A stretch of DNA of 64,000 bases from Xylographa opegraphella (Eukaryota): contig JALDZX010000008.1 in NCBI GenBank assembly GCA_022813865.1, positions 496,001 to 560,000 on the forward strand. The letters are read 5' to 3'. Position numbers and translations under genes: made by a program. Of the stretch, positions 11,911 through 23,924 are shown one piece after another. The notes below the pieces were generated by a model, which was not told the origin of the DNA, did no database searches, and saw only the letters and a list, made by a program, of their open reading frames with translations. Every line of letters starts with the position of its first letter. Position 1 is the stretch's first letter.

Positions 11911-12922
11911 CTACGCCCTCCGCTCCACATTCCCTGGTACGACGGTTGCAATACCGCACGGGCCCGCACCATCGTAATAGGTTGGAGACGCCGTTTTGGC
12001 CGTCGGGTTAAGTGATATCGTCAACGAGCCGAGCGGACAGGTGGGATTCTGGGTGCTGGTGACTGGAGCACTAACAATGAGGACAAAGGCACAATTAACG
12101 CCAGCAAAGGTGCCTGGCATGCCGTTAACTAAGAGGTCGTACTCCTCGAAGGCTATGCAGTTCGGGGTCGCGAAACAACGTGCACAGCAAGCGCCGGGAA
12201 CGGCCTCGCCGAAACCGTAGGTGTGCGTGACGTCGCCGTCGAAGCTGTAGCCGAAGCCATCGGAGATGAGGCCGTAGTTGTTGGCCGCGTCACATTGGGC
12301 AGGGAGAGCGCGCGGCGCGGTCGCAGTAGCGGTCACCGTGGAGGTCTATACGTTGGAATGGATATATGATTAGGAGACATGTACATGCAAGCGGGCAGGA
12401 ATGGAAGAGGGAAGAGTTCTCTTACTGATGTGCCGAGAAAGCAGGAGCAGCCGCTGGAGATCGCAGTGGCGGCCTTGGTGCAAAAGGATGGATAGAAGGA
12501 CGACGCTCTCTTGACAAGAGGTTGGGTCAGCAGTGGTAGGGGCGGCACTGTGATGCTGGCGTCAAGAGCAGTCACTTCATCAAGGGAGCGTTTGTATTGA
12601 AAGGTAAGAGGCCATCAGTATAGGCAGGTGGTGTGACAGTGACAGTACTGGTAGTTGTACTTTATGATCATACACTGTAAGCCTCCCTCCTGTGCCGCAA
12701 GTCTCGTGCTGTGTCCACTCACATAACCGGGAGGCTCGTAAGATAGCTACTACAGTAAGGACTCGCCAGTGCACTGCTATGCTGGAGCTCTCGGAGACAA
12801 TTATCTTCATTACACACTGTTCGCACTTGAAGATCAGCCGGATGAGCCAGGACAAGCTTCCACACGAGAAGCTGTGATACCACGAGCAATACAAAAACTT
12901 TGACAGAATCGAAAGGTGCCAT
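11911..12922 (-). CDS. Secreted Cys-rich protein (CNxDNCLR...SSxCSC module plus C-terminal CCxxC/apple-like module), possible frameshift near 12610
   Basis: Signal peptide MAPFDSVKVFVLLVVSQLLVWKLVLA, then CNEDNCLR, ISSGCSC, a Thr-rich linker and CCARCFATPNC. Introns near 12660-12723 and 12345-12426. Confidence 0.7.
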
Positions 12923-14228
12923 AGCTTCAGAACGGAGCAATTTTGGTTATACTCGTCAGGCAAAGAACAAGAGTGAGATGCGAAATGGAGAAAGCTTCAA
13001 TAACAGCATTATTGTACAAAGCTCACCTACCAGGCACGAACGCCATCATGCGAGTGTGAGGGAATTCTTATAGTCATACGGTGACATCGCCCTTGACCAC
13101 ATCGCTCTTTAGCACCAGAGGCAGCAGTAATTTCTTCCAGACCATGTCCATGGCTATTGTATTGCGCCGTCGATTATCGTGCCGAGAAGTAGGATCAATC
13201 CTATGGCTGACCACAAGACTCCGGATTGGACGTCGAGGGGTATCCACAGCCTTGTACAGTCGCCCAAGATACCTTAGTTGGTGCTTTTGGCTTCAGCAGC
13301 TATATGTTACACTAGGATAGGCAATAAAGCCACATCTGCAGCCCATCTCGTATCACTCCTCAGGAGTGCTGAAATGATTTGATGTATGGGCAAACCAGGC
13401 GGACGCAGGAATAGTCACATGCCATCTATATCCTTGAAAGCATTTATACATTTTGGAAACAGATTTCCCATGTCTTTCACAACTGAGCGTGCTCATACTT
13501 GGCGATGTACTGATGAATGGGGCGAGGCGGGCTCGGCGGGGAACATGGCGAGGTGCCCCTGGGCTAGAGACAATACGCTAAGCTTAATAGAGTAAGGGAC
13601 ATCACAATCAATAGGTGTATTCCACAGAGTCTTAATTACACTTCTTCTCCCCCAAAGCACGGTATGACAGGGTAGCGCACACTGAGCAGGTGTATGAATC
13701 ATTTCATTCAATCACGCTCGAAAAGTTGCTCTCATGTCTGAATAATAGGAGATTGTTATAAAAAACAACAGACTCACACGCGGTGAGCCACCGATCGCTA
13801 TTGCAACAGTCTTTATTGAGCGAGGAATGTACGTGGTTTCAACCAGTCACGAGCTCGTTTCTGGGTCAATACTCTTTCTCTTATCATAAAAGACTTTATT
13901 TTAACTTTCAGGACAAGGAAGTCTCTACTAAAATTGCTAACTTCCACGAATTAACTATGGACTTTAGTCAAATTAAAATAATCAGCTTCCCCAGGCCAAA
14001 CAATAGAGGTCAACTGTCACCCAGAATGCAGTTATGTTGACCTTCCCAGACGTTGATGGCATGGGATAGACGAATGCTATGCTCAAAGACTAGGTTGGAG
14101 CCTCCAGACCCATCCACACCATATCTGCATCAACGGGCCGAGCCAATCGGGATGGTGTACAATATGGAGATACGAGACGACCTTTTGCAAAGTTCTATAT
14201 GACAAGAACCAAAAGCACCCGAAGTCGT

Positions 14229-15318
14229 TCAAATCTCCCCACTTGGTTTCCATTCATCAGCATCACCCCAGCGCTCGACTACTAGGCCCGCACTTCCTGG
14301 GCTTTCGTAACCCGCCTCAAGCTGACGCTCGTATGATACCTGCCTCAACCGCTGCGCTTCTCGGGGTGTCAGATTGAGATAGATCTCAACGCCAACCAGA
14401 TGCATGAAAAATGCGATCCAGATGGCCATTCCGAAGTTCAGCCGCAGTGACGCTCCTATAGCTTCTGCTGTCCCGGCCTTGAAGTCGGCATGCACAACAG
14501 CTTGTCCACTTGAGTTAGTGCTGCCTGGCAGACCACAGGCAGGGTATGCTTGTTGCATATAAGCCAAGTCATTATTGTGTATGAAACGAATTTCATCACA
14601 AGTATACACGACAAAGTAACTGCCAATTAAGGTTGTGATCTGAGCGGCAATGATCATAATCAACCGTGTGGTGATGATTGTGCCAAGGTAAAACATCGTG
14701 CGCAGCATCCATGCCCTATGCTGATCGATCTGCAACCTCTTGATGTTTATGTATGCCATGCCGAGTCCAAGAGTGGTGAGGATGACCAAGACACCCACAG
14801 CTCCTTGTGTTGCCAGCTCGCCACCAAAGCTACGACGCACGATCATAAGTGCGCCTACGTTGCTGACTAGGACAAGCAGGATGATGAGGTAGCCGTTGAT
14901 CCGGTGAAATAATATTGCTTTATGCCGGATGGCTGGGATGAATTGCCAGACCATCAGCAGGCCTGCAGGAAGAATGCACCCAAGATGAATCGAGATGCCG
15001 ACCCGATAGTGGTTTGCACGGTACCAGTACCAATCGCCCGGCGTCGCGTTTTTTGCGAAGTTGCCGCTGAGGTTGAGGTATTGAAGGCGTGCTAGGGTGA
15101 AGCCGAGCATTGCGCCAGCGAAAATGATGACTAAAACCATACTGTCAATAAGGAACGGTGAAAAGGTAGTATGATGTAAACGTACAGAGAGGGAAGTTGT
15201 AGGATTTCTGGAAACCGAGAAAGGTGTACACTCTGCGATAAAAGGTGAGTTTTCGATCATTTGGTGGCTGCTTAGTGGAAGAGCCATCATGGACAACGGC
15301 AGAGGTAGTGGACTTCAT
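14229..15318 (-). CDS. DUF2306-type membrane protein, 1 intron
   Basis: LGFQKSYNFPL|..., IHLGCILPAG, LFHRINGY, LQIDQHRAWMLR, HLVGVEIYL: conserved His-containing TM motifs. Confidence 0.85.
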
Positions 15319-15943
15319 GACAGTTGAATGGAATGCAGAAGTCAACAATATACAGACACAACAATCAGAAGAGAGCAGGTAACACTGTATAGGCACGGTA
15401 ATGGGGAACTTTGCGGTGGGAAACTATCGCCATTATATACATATGTGAAAGCTCATTTCGGGCGGAGCTTTCTACGCCTACGCGCGTCCGAAACTCGCTC
15501 CTCGAGATGCCGCACGTCACTCAATGGACCGAGGATCATCTCTCCGTCCCAAAGGAAGCAGATGGAGGCCATCATTGTTGTTTGGCCACTGCCTGAACGT
15601 TGAAAGTCAAGCAGAAGGACTGTGGTAAGATCTGACGCTAATGCACGAGCGCGGGAGTAGCTATATCGGGCTTAGAGTACGCAAGAAGGAGTCAGCTCCA
15701 ACGGCTCAAGATGCTAGCGTAAGGTAAACCCGACGCCGAGGGCAGGGCTGAACACGGGGCCCAACGACTGATTCCCAAGCGAAGGCCCAATAGCAATGGG
15801 GCAAAGAATTGTCGGCACACTGCGCATTCGGCAACCGCGCCTCTGTCTACGTCACTTTGTAGCTAGAGCCACTGCTTTCGAATATGCAAGGTCGCAACAT
15901 GCAGCTCCTTTACCTGACCGCGTCCAGAATCCATCTGTAAGTC

Positions 15944-17650
15944 ATGGTAGGAATTCCAAGATCTAAGGGTTGTCATAGCTGTCGACGCAGGAAGAAGGGT
16001 GTGCGTCATACATTTCAAACCGATGTCTTGCGGTTAGGCTGATTGATACACAGTGTGATCTCGCACGCCCGGCATGCGGACGCTGCGTGAGATTTGGTTT
16101 GACTTGTAATGGCTATGTGGAAGACGTGAAGTTTGTACGTGTTGATCCCGGCAATGCCTCGCCCATTGCTCAAGCACACCGAAGAGGCAAACATGAACCT
16201 CCCGATACGAGTTTTGAGTTGATTGCAGCGTTACCCCAAGGTACCGGAGTGTCAGCTCAGTCATTCACGTTGATGCAATCTGCTTTGCGCGTACAATACA
16301 ACGGACTGCTGTGGGACGATCTTGCTCCGCATCAATCAGGTACAGGCTCTTCAGCTTTTGGATCTCAACTTCCACCGTCACTTTCGTGGATACGGTCTGC
16401 CTTTGAACGATCGCACCACGACAATGCTCTTTCAATAGCTCTATCAGCGCTCTCGATAGCTAGGCGCAGTCGAATATCTCGGAACAAGGATTTAGAGCAC
16501 ACTGCAGCTCGCCTTCATGGCTCTGCCATGCAACAGGTGCGAACGAGACTCACCGGCGAGTATAGCTACCATGATGACTCGCTGCTTGCAACCATTATGC
16601 TCCTTGCTTCGTATGAGGTATGCAGTCTTTGCACGTCGTTATAGCCAGACTTGCTGACTCGTCTCAAGGTCTATGAAGGTAGTCTAGATGGCCAGAGAGG
16701 GGCGGCCTGGATCTCTCATGTTAGAGGCGCTTCGCAGATGATCGCGCTTCGTGGAACGCATGGAAAGAGTTCACCATTTGCCGCACTACTGCAACATGCA
16801 GCTAGATACAATGAGGTAACGAGGCAAATGTTCCGAGATAGTGATCAGCCGCTGATGGGTGTAGCTCATCGTTGCTATTAGTACTCGCCGAGAGGTACCC
16901 GAAAGACCTCTTGATGTTTTGTCTGGCTTGAGTCTCCATCAGACGGCAAGCAAAGAAATGGAGCTCTACGAAGTCTTATCGCGATTGCCAGGTCTTTTAG
17001 CTGCAGCGGAGAATCTTCCAGAACTCCGGCCTCGCGATGTGAGGGAATCATGCATGGCCAGACTCGTCACCAGCCACCAAAATTTCCAGGCCAGGCTCGA
17101 CCTGTGGCTTAATAGCGTCCAAGCCCAATACGACGGGCCTCTCTATTGGCTCGAGCCATCGGAACTATATGCGCAGCTTCCAGAGTCAAGCTTAGAACGA
17201 GTGTTCCCGCAATGTATTCAGTTCCTTGATCTCAGTGTTGCGCACATGCAGCTTCTCTATTGGACTGCACAGCTGCTATTGAAAAGCGTCCTCTCTGTCA
17301 CATGTCAGATATTGGGGAAAGGTGATAACAATATCGACCTCATAAATACTTTTGCTATCGAGGTCGACGAAGCTGACTCCAGTGTGTGCCACGATCTCGC
17401 ATGCAAGATTGCTCAGTCCGTCGAATGTCTCACGCGCACAGAAGCTGGACTTGTTGGAGCGCAAGTCCTGGGCTTTCCAATGTCTTGCGCGCGAGGATGC
17501 CTACACTTACTGAAGAGCAGAGACATCATTTGGTTCAATGTTATCTTCAGGAGACTATCGGTGTTAGACATTCGCCTTGAAGGGTTTCTTAATGACATGA
17601 CTATCGGACCGAGAGATGAACGTATACCGCGCCAGCTACTTCACCAGTAG
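15944..17650 (+). CDS. Zn(II)2Cys6 fungal transcription factor, 3 introns
   Basis: Spliced N-terminus MVGIPRSKGCHSCRRRKKG|CDLARPACGRCVRFGLTCNGY gives the six-Cys cluster. Downstream LLASYE...WISHVRGA...RG is the fungal-specific TF domain. Confidence 0.92.
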
Positions 17651-19277
17651 AAGAATGTGAGAACGGAACATGAGCAGATCGAAATCCTGCAATGATGAAC
17701 GAAGGCCGTCACTCGCTAATACTTGTAGCGCCGATGCTCGAGTGAGAGACACACGATTTGTGACCATTATCATGGCTGAGTTCGTGAAGAACTAAACTGG
17801 CAATAAGTACATCGGATTAGGAGCTACTGACCACAATCGACGTCTACCGAGCCGGAACTGCCATGAATGCCTCACTCGAAGCCTTCCGGGACATGGGGAT
17901 TTGAGGAGGCAATGATTCAGCAGAGTTACACTGCACTGGTCGAAAATGCCCTGTGGTAGAGCTCCTGATTTGAAAAGCGAATCAAGATCTCGAATCTGCT
18001 AGCACAATACAGAATTGACAATAACCCTTGCAATCGTTTTCAGCGGTCACGGACTAATTCCGCCGACTTCAAGGGGAACCTTAGTCTAGGATTCTTCCGA
18101 GAACCTAGCACTTTCAACTGTTATGTGACTTACCTTGGCATGTTTCTACACTCTAACGGCATGATATATGGGCACGAAATCATGTTTTAATCACAGTGTC
18201 TCGCCGCTCTTGTCTTTCGAAGCATTGTCCTCTTTAAGCTCAAAGTCCCCACCCGTGGCGGGGCTGAACTTACTGCCCTAAAAGACTCTGTCGGAGCTCT
18301 CGCCGCTACATTGTCTAACTTACAATAATGGTGTCACCAAAGAGTGAAGGTGTCGTATACCTCCTACATCCGCACAGCTAACTGTGAGATCCGGTCATCT
18401 CGAAAAGGAGAACCGTTGTAGACTTTGGAAGACAACAGTGGATATAAAGAGTCTTGAAGTGTTGGTCAATTCGATCCAGCAGGACTTGATGCACATGTTC
18501 AATGCCTGCTTACAGCTTGTCAGGCCGAAGGTCAAAATCCAAGAAGCAATTTGAAGAAGAGCATTTCGCTTTCAGCCTAGCGCAAGACGTGTTGGATTGT
18601 GGTCCACATACTCTTCACATCCATTTTGATGTCAGTGCTATTGAGCCTTGCTGATCCAGCGCCATGCGCACTGCGAAGTGTTTCAGCCGTACCACGACTC
18701 AAGTCTGTTACCATATCCGCAGTGCGGACCTTGACCTCGTCTCTGAACGGGGGTTAGTAAATTATCTAGGCTTCACTCATCAATGAGGCTTTGCACCTAC
18801 AATCCACTTCCCTTTAGCGTTCATACACAATGTATTTCGATAATTCTCCGTACCCCTTGTGCTTTGATTTCATATAATTGATTGGCTCGGAGATATTTGG
18901 TTCGCTGTACCAGAACAACTTAGTGGGGAACGCCATTTTACTTATCCGCAAAGTTTAATTTAGCTTGTCAACAACTTCTTGCTCTCAAATCAAAAGGCCT
19001 GCGGAAGGAGGGTCAAAGATATCTAAGCGTTAAGGAACAAACTTGAAATAAAATCGTTTCATCGTTGCTGCTTAGTGTCTAAAACTACCTTGAGAATCAA
19101 GTTTTTTGTTGGATAGCTCCTTGCTATTAGATCTCACATGAGCCGTGCTGTTGAAACTGTTGCAATTTTAAGTCTTTACAAACGCTTCAAAGACATGTTA
19201 TCCTTATCTTCTCTCGATCTTGGCCAGATTCCTTTTGTATTTGTACTCACTCTTTTCACTCTGCAACGCCCTCCTCA

Positions 19278-20678
19278 ATGAAGGTCACTTGCGCCCACTC
19301 TTTTGTGTTACTTTCCATCTTCTTTTTGCTTAGCATACCTGTCGCATCCACGACGGTCGACTATGATAACTCTTGTTTAACAGACGATAATGGCAGCGAT
19401 AGCATCGATAGCTCTAACGCCACTGTTCAAGCGTTCTGGGCTGGCGCTGACATCGGCACCGTCCTTCGCGCCGAAGCTATCCCCGGCCGCATTTTCTACG
19501 ACTTTGACGGCGCTACTGTGAAAGATCCCATTAGAACCCTCCGCGACGCGGGCATCAATGGTTTTCGCGTGGAGGCCCAGGCGGGCCAGTGTCTCGGCCC
19601 CACAAACTTTTCAACCAGCGGCAACATTCTCGGGGAAGAACTGCTTTTCGAGCTCGATTGGGGCTGTATCGATATCCAGGTCGAGACGGCGCGACAGGCC
19701 GTGGCGGAAGGCATGCACTTCCAACTCACCATCAACCAGGGCTTGACCATCCCCACGGCCTGGGAGAAGTATAGCTACGCGGAGATGCTGGCGGCAGTGC
19801 AGAACGAGACGAAGCGGCAGCTGCAGCCGTTCCTAGACGCGAAGCTCGTACCGGACATCATCCTGCTCGAGAACGAAGGCACGGACGGCTTCCTCATGAC
19901 CGAAAACAGCACCGGCCACGTCCGCGGCACCAACGACGGCAAGGCCAGCCCCGCGACCGTCGACCTCGAGCTGTGCGGCCACATCCCTACCGGCAACATG
20001 GCCGCCTACCCGCAGCTGGCCGGCTACTACAAAGGCGAGATCGAAGCCTGCAACGCCGCCATCCGCGGCGCCGGCCTCTCCCCCGCCGCCGTGCGCTATG
20101 GCCTGCACAGCCACGGGCAGTACGTGCAGTGGAAAGAGAGCCTCGTGCACGGCCCCCGGCCCGCGAACCAGACGGCGCTGACGACCCCGAGCGGCACGCA
20201 CTGCAACTTCACCGGCGTCATCCCCGCCGCCATCCTCGCGCAGAACGCGTCCGAGCTGCTGACCGTCATGGGCTTCTCCGCCTACCCGGACCCCATGACG
20301 CCCACCGACCCGACCAGCCCCGCCAGCATCGCCGCCACCCTCACCCGGCTGAACACCACCCTCGCGCAGCTGCAGGGCTACGCGCGCGCGTACGCCGCCG
20401 ACGGGGCCCAGCACGTCCTGCGCAGTCTGGGCGTCGAGTACGCGACCACGTACACGGCTGCGCAGACGGCGTTGCAGCAGGTGCATACGGAGGCCATGTG
20501 GGCGCTGGTAAAGGGGTACGAGTCTTGTTTGGGCATGTTGTGGTATGAGCCGTGGTATTGCTATGGCGATTGGGAGGGCGGGAATGCCGCGCTGTGTCAG
20601 AGGGTTGGGGGGGATGGGACTACGGGGGAGGCGCCGACAGATACGTTGCGGACGTGGGGGAGGGCGGCGGTGGGGTAG
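19278..20678 (+). CDS. Secreted clan GH-A glycoside hydrolase, divergent GH53-like (endo-beta-1,4-galactanase-like), intronless
   Basis: Signal peptide, then GADIG, DPIRTLRDAGINGFRV, PDIILLENE (acid/base), GFSAYP, VEYA (nucleophile) and GMLWYEPW in GH53 order. Confidence 0.7.
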   Translation: MKVTCAHSFVLLSIFFLLSIPVASTTVDYDNSCLTDDNGSDSIDSSNATVQAFWAGADIGTVLRAEAIPGRIFYDFDGATVKDPIRTLRDAGINGFRVEAQAGQCLGPTNFSTSGNILGEELLFELDWGCIDIQVETARQAVAEGMHFQLTINQGLTIPTAWEKYSYAEMLAAVQNETKRQLQPFLDAKLVPDIILLENEGTDGFLMTENSTGHVRGTNDGKASPATVDLELCGHIPTGNMAAYPQLAGYYKGEIEACNAAIRGAGLSPAAVRYGLHSHGQYVQWKESLVHGPRPANQTALTTPSGTHCNFTGVIPAAILAQNASELLTVMGFSAYPDPMTPTDPTSPASIAATLTRLNTTLAQLQGYARAYAADGAQHVLRSLGVEYATTYTAAQTALQQVHTEAMWALVKGYESCLGMLWYEPWYCYGDWEGGNAALCQRVGGDGTTGEAPTDTLRTWGRAAVG

Positions 20679-21208
20679 GGTGCGCGGGGCGGGAGGGACG
20701 GGGTGGTGCTGTTGTGGGTCTTGGAGATGGCGGTGGATGGCGGTGGAATTTCGGGGGAGGAGATAAGGAGGGTGTTTGTGCTTGGGTGAGAGAGCGGCGG
20801 CTTCTGATCGCGACGGGGGTGCTTTATATCGAAGGAGCGACCATCGTGTGAGAGCGGGGAGATTTCTATAGCGAGGCGGTTTTCGGGATTAGTAACCCGC
20901 TTCAAAGGATCGCATGTAAAAAGTTCATCGTGATCATACCGAGGCCCGATATGCTATGACATGTTCGATTGTTGAATGATTAAGTGTTCCGTTTGGAGGC
21001 CTGCACATGCAAATTAAACGTCACGGTGTATTATTCACCCCTTTCGCGCTGGTAGTGTTCGGCCGCGCGTAGCACGGAAGATTCCAACCAAGGCAGTCTA
21101 TTGCATGCTTTTCTAAATCGGCTGATAGCAGGTGAATTATTAAAGCAAAGGAAGATATCGCTAAACGGAACCCCGTCTTCTATGCTGGCGATCCAACAAA
21201 TACATATC

Positions 21209-22918
21209 TTATGCCTTCGCAAAAACTCTAGCTTCCGGATCAACTTTCTCCGTCGCCCGCCGCGCTAGCCGTATCATCAGTGGCTTTTTCTGCCAAACGA
21301 TGAAGCTCTTCTGCTGCGGCCACGACGCGTCCGTCTCCGGGCTGAGCTCGAGGTCAAAGTGCCGTACCAAGCTCGCCAGTGTGAAGCGAGTGATGGATAG
21401 GCCGAGACTACAGTATGGTTAGCCGTGAGCTGTGCAGGAAAGCTCGTCACAGGAGATGCATACATTCGGGCGATACAGTTGCGGGGGCCCATGGAGAAAG
21501 GGTGAAAGGCCTCTTTTTTGTCGGTGGAAAAGCGAGGGTCGCCCAGCCAGCGTGTGGGCGCGAAGGTGTCGGGCTCGGCGAAGTTCATGGAGGAGCGGTA
21601 GACGGCGTATTGGTTCATGGAGACACCGGTCTAGAGCGAAAGTTTGGATCAGCTGGGGGTTCTGCCGTAGAGTGATTGATGTGCAATGGACTCACGTTGC
21701 CAGGAATCCAATACCCACTGATAGTATCACCGCCAGAAGGGACAATGCTGGCTTGACCAGCCAGCGCAACCGGGTAGATCCGCCATGCCTCGTTCACGAC
21801 GGCGGCTAAGTATGGCAGTTGATCTATTTGCCGTATTGTGATCTCTCCATGCACCTGAATGTACTCGTCGATTTCGTGCCTCAGTTTCTCGAGGACGTCC
21901 GGATTTCTCATCAGATACCATGTCGCACCCGCCAGACTAGCGGCGACACTGTCACTTCCGGCTATCATGAAGAGAGATGCATTGGCTTCCATCTCACCCG
22001 GCTTCAGCGTTTTCTTAGTATTGTTCTCCAATATCGGGGATACGAAGTCCCGCCTTTTCGTCCCTCTATCAATTCGCCGGCGAAGCATTGATAAAGTCAA
22101 TTGCCAATGCTCTTCAATCATCTTCTTGATTCTGCTAGGGATGAGATAAGGTAGTATAGACGCCAGCAGAGAAAAGCGGCTGCAGGCGTTCAAGTACACG
22201 ATACCTTGCAAGTTACCGAAGATCATCTGTACCCATGGATGGTTGACTTGTTCTTCGAGGCAGTTGAACGACTCTCCGAAGGCAAGGTCTCCAATCAGGT
22301 CGAACGTCATCCAATTGAACCATTTGGCCATATCCACTTTCGCAGTAGATGGTTGCGATGCCTGGTTGGTTAGGCACTGAATGAACTTGTCCACGGTGCC
22401 GAGAATGATCGAGTCCTGTTCCTTCAATGCCTGTGACGAGAAAGCATGATCGAGCACTCTTCGCATCCGAGGATGGTCGAGGCGATCCGCGGTGAGCAGA
22501 GTATCAACCCCATTCACCGGCTTGCCGTACACAGCGACATCTCTGTCGAAGGGCCGATGGCCAGCACGGTAGCCACTTATGTCCTTCCATGCAGATGCGC
22601 CGATGAAGGACAGATCGCGGGGTGAGAGGCGGACAACGTCGGACTTGTACTGCTGGTGAAGGTCCTTGACCCACACACTAAAAGTGCCGTTGGCCAAGTG
22701 CAGCGCGTAGGGCAAGTAGCTCGCCGCGGCGAAGGGCGGGCCGGGGAATTTCCTCAAGGGATGGAAGAAGACCGAGTAGAGGGCAGACACGAGCAGGTAT
22801 GCGAAGTACTGGAGCAAGTGTCAAATCACAACAGCGTGGAAGGGCGACCTCTGCAAAGAGAACGTACGAGGCCCACCGATGCGACCAAGACCGACGCTGT
22901 TGGTCCCACGAGCGACAT
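21209..22918 (-). CDS. Cytochrome P450 (CYP65-like), 3 introns
   Basis: HPLRKFPGP, I-helix AGSDS, EAWR (ExxR), F.PTRW and heme motif FSMGPRNCIA. Spliced C-terminus ends ...RVFAKA*. Confidence 0.93.
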
Positions 22919-23924
22919 TATGCCTTCGTGGCTTCCTCTTGGGCCGGCGTTACGATTCACGATCACAGATGCTACCTTCTCAACCTCTAGTGACGGCGGA
23001 TCGTTGTATCAGGGAGAACTCTAGATATCTTACAAAAGGGGGATGGATATAATTTCGGTCATGGCCTATCTATTGTGATCAACTGCAGCGCAGACGGGGC
23101 CTGGCGCCAACCAGCAACCTGGTGCATGTGCCTGGAGGAGCAGCTGCCTCGACCCGCAATATGTTCCTTCCAACAAGAGCAATAAATTACCAGCCGAGGA
23201 CCTCACCGGCAATGATCCATTCATGCGCCTCCCGACATTTCGTATGTGAGTAATAAAGTCTGTGAGCGCTTGGGCGGTGGGGGCCTCGTGCCGCTTCCCG
23301 TATTTCATGCCGTTTGGGGGAGAATGTGGCAGGCCCCCGTTCGCTGGGAATCAATATCGATTGGCAATCCAATCCCACGAGAATGCGGCATGGCATACCA
23401 TCAATCCTACGAACCCAACACTACGACCTCTGCGAACTTGTGGCACGGTCATGACGCTATTCGCTAATACCATCCGGCTTCTTCAGGCAGAGTATGTCGC
23501 GACCGAAAGCAGAAGGTGATTGAATGCTGACATCTGCGGCACGGTATCGGCTTATCGACCAAGCCTCGTGGCACTACCCATCGAGCCCATCTGCTTTCGC
23601 AGGATGTGGCAGCTTGATGTATGTACTACTTGAAGATGACTTTCGAGGTCTGTTGGAACGGCCTGTCGCGGCGTGGTAGCATGCAGAGGATACCGGGGTG
23701 GCCTCCTAAGTCCCGCGTTATGGTGTTCGATCCAGCTACATCCGCATACTAATTATTAGATGGCGTGTCAAGCCGCTTAAGTAGGATGGGAACCAGACTG
23801 GACCTCGTCGCCGCCTTCTCCCGTTCTTAGCCCACTCTGGTTCTTTATAGACCGGACCATGACTGCCTGACATCTCTGGTCCGCAGAAGGAGAGCCTATA
23901 GTATCGATCGCATCCGCGGCAACC

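Noticed and set aside
17651..19277. 1.6-kb ORF-free gap as a possible ncRNA or relic
   Set aside because: No tRNA boxes, snoRNA motifs, repeats or identifiable coding similarity found by eye.
19833..20548. Long overlapping and antisense ORFs here and at 27156-28395, 54808-56453 and 63015-63415
   Set aside because: Shadow ORFs caused by stop-codon depletion in GC-rich coding DNA. They have low-complexity R/P/G translations.
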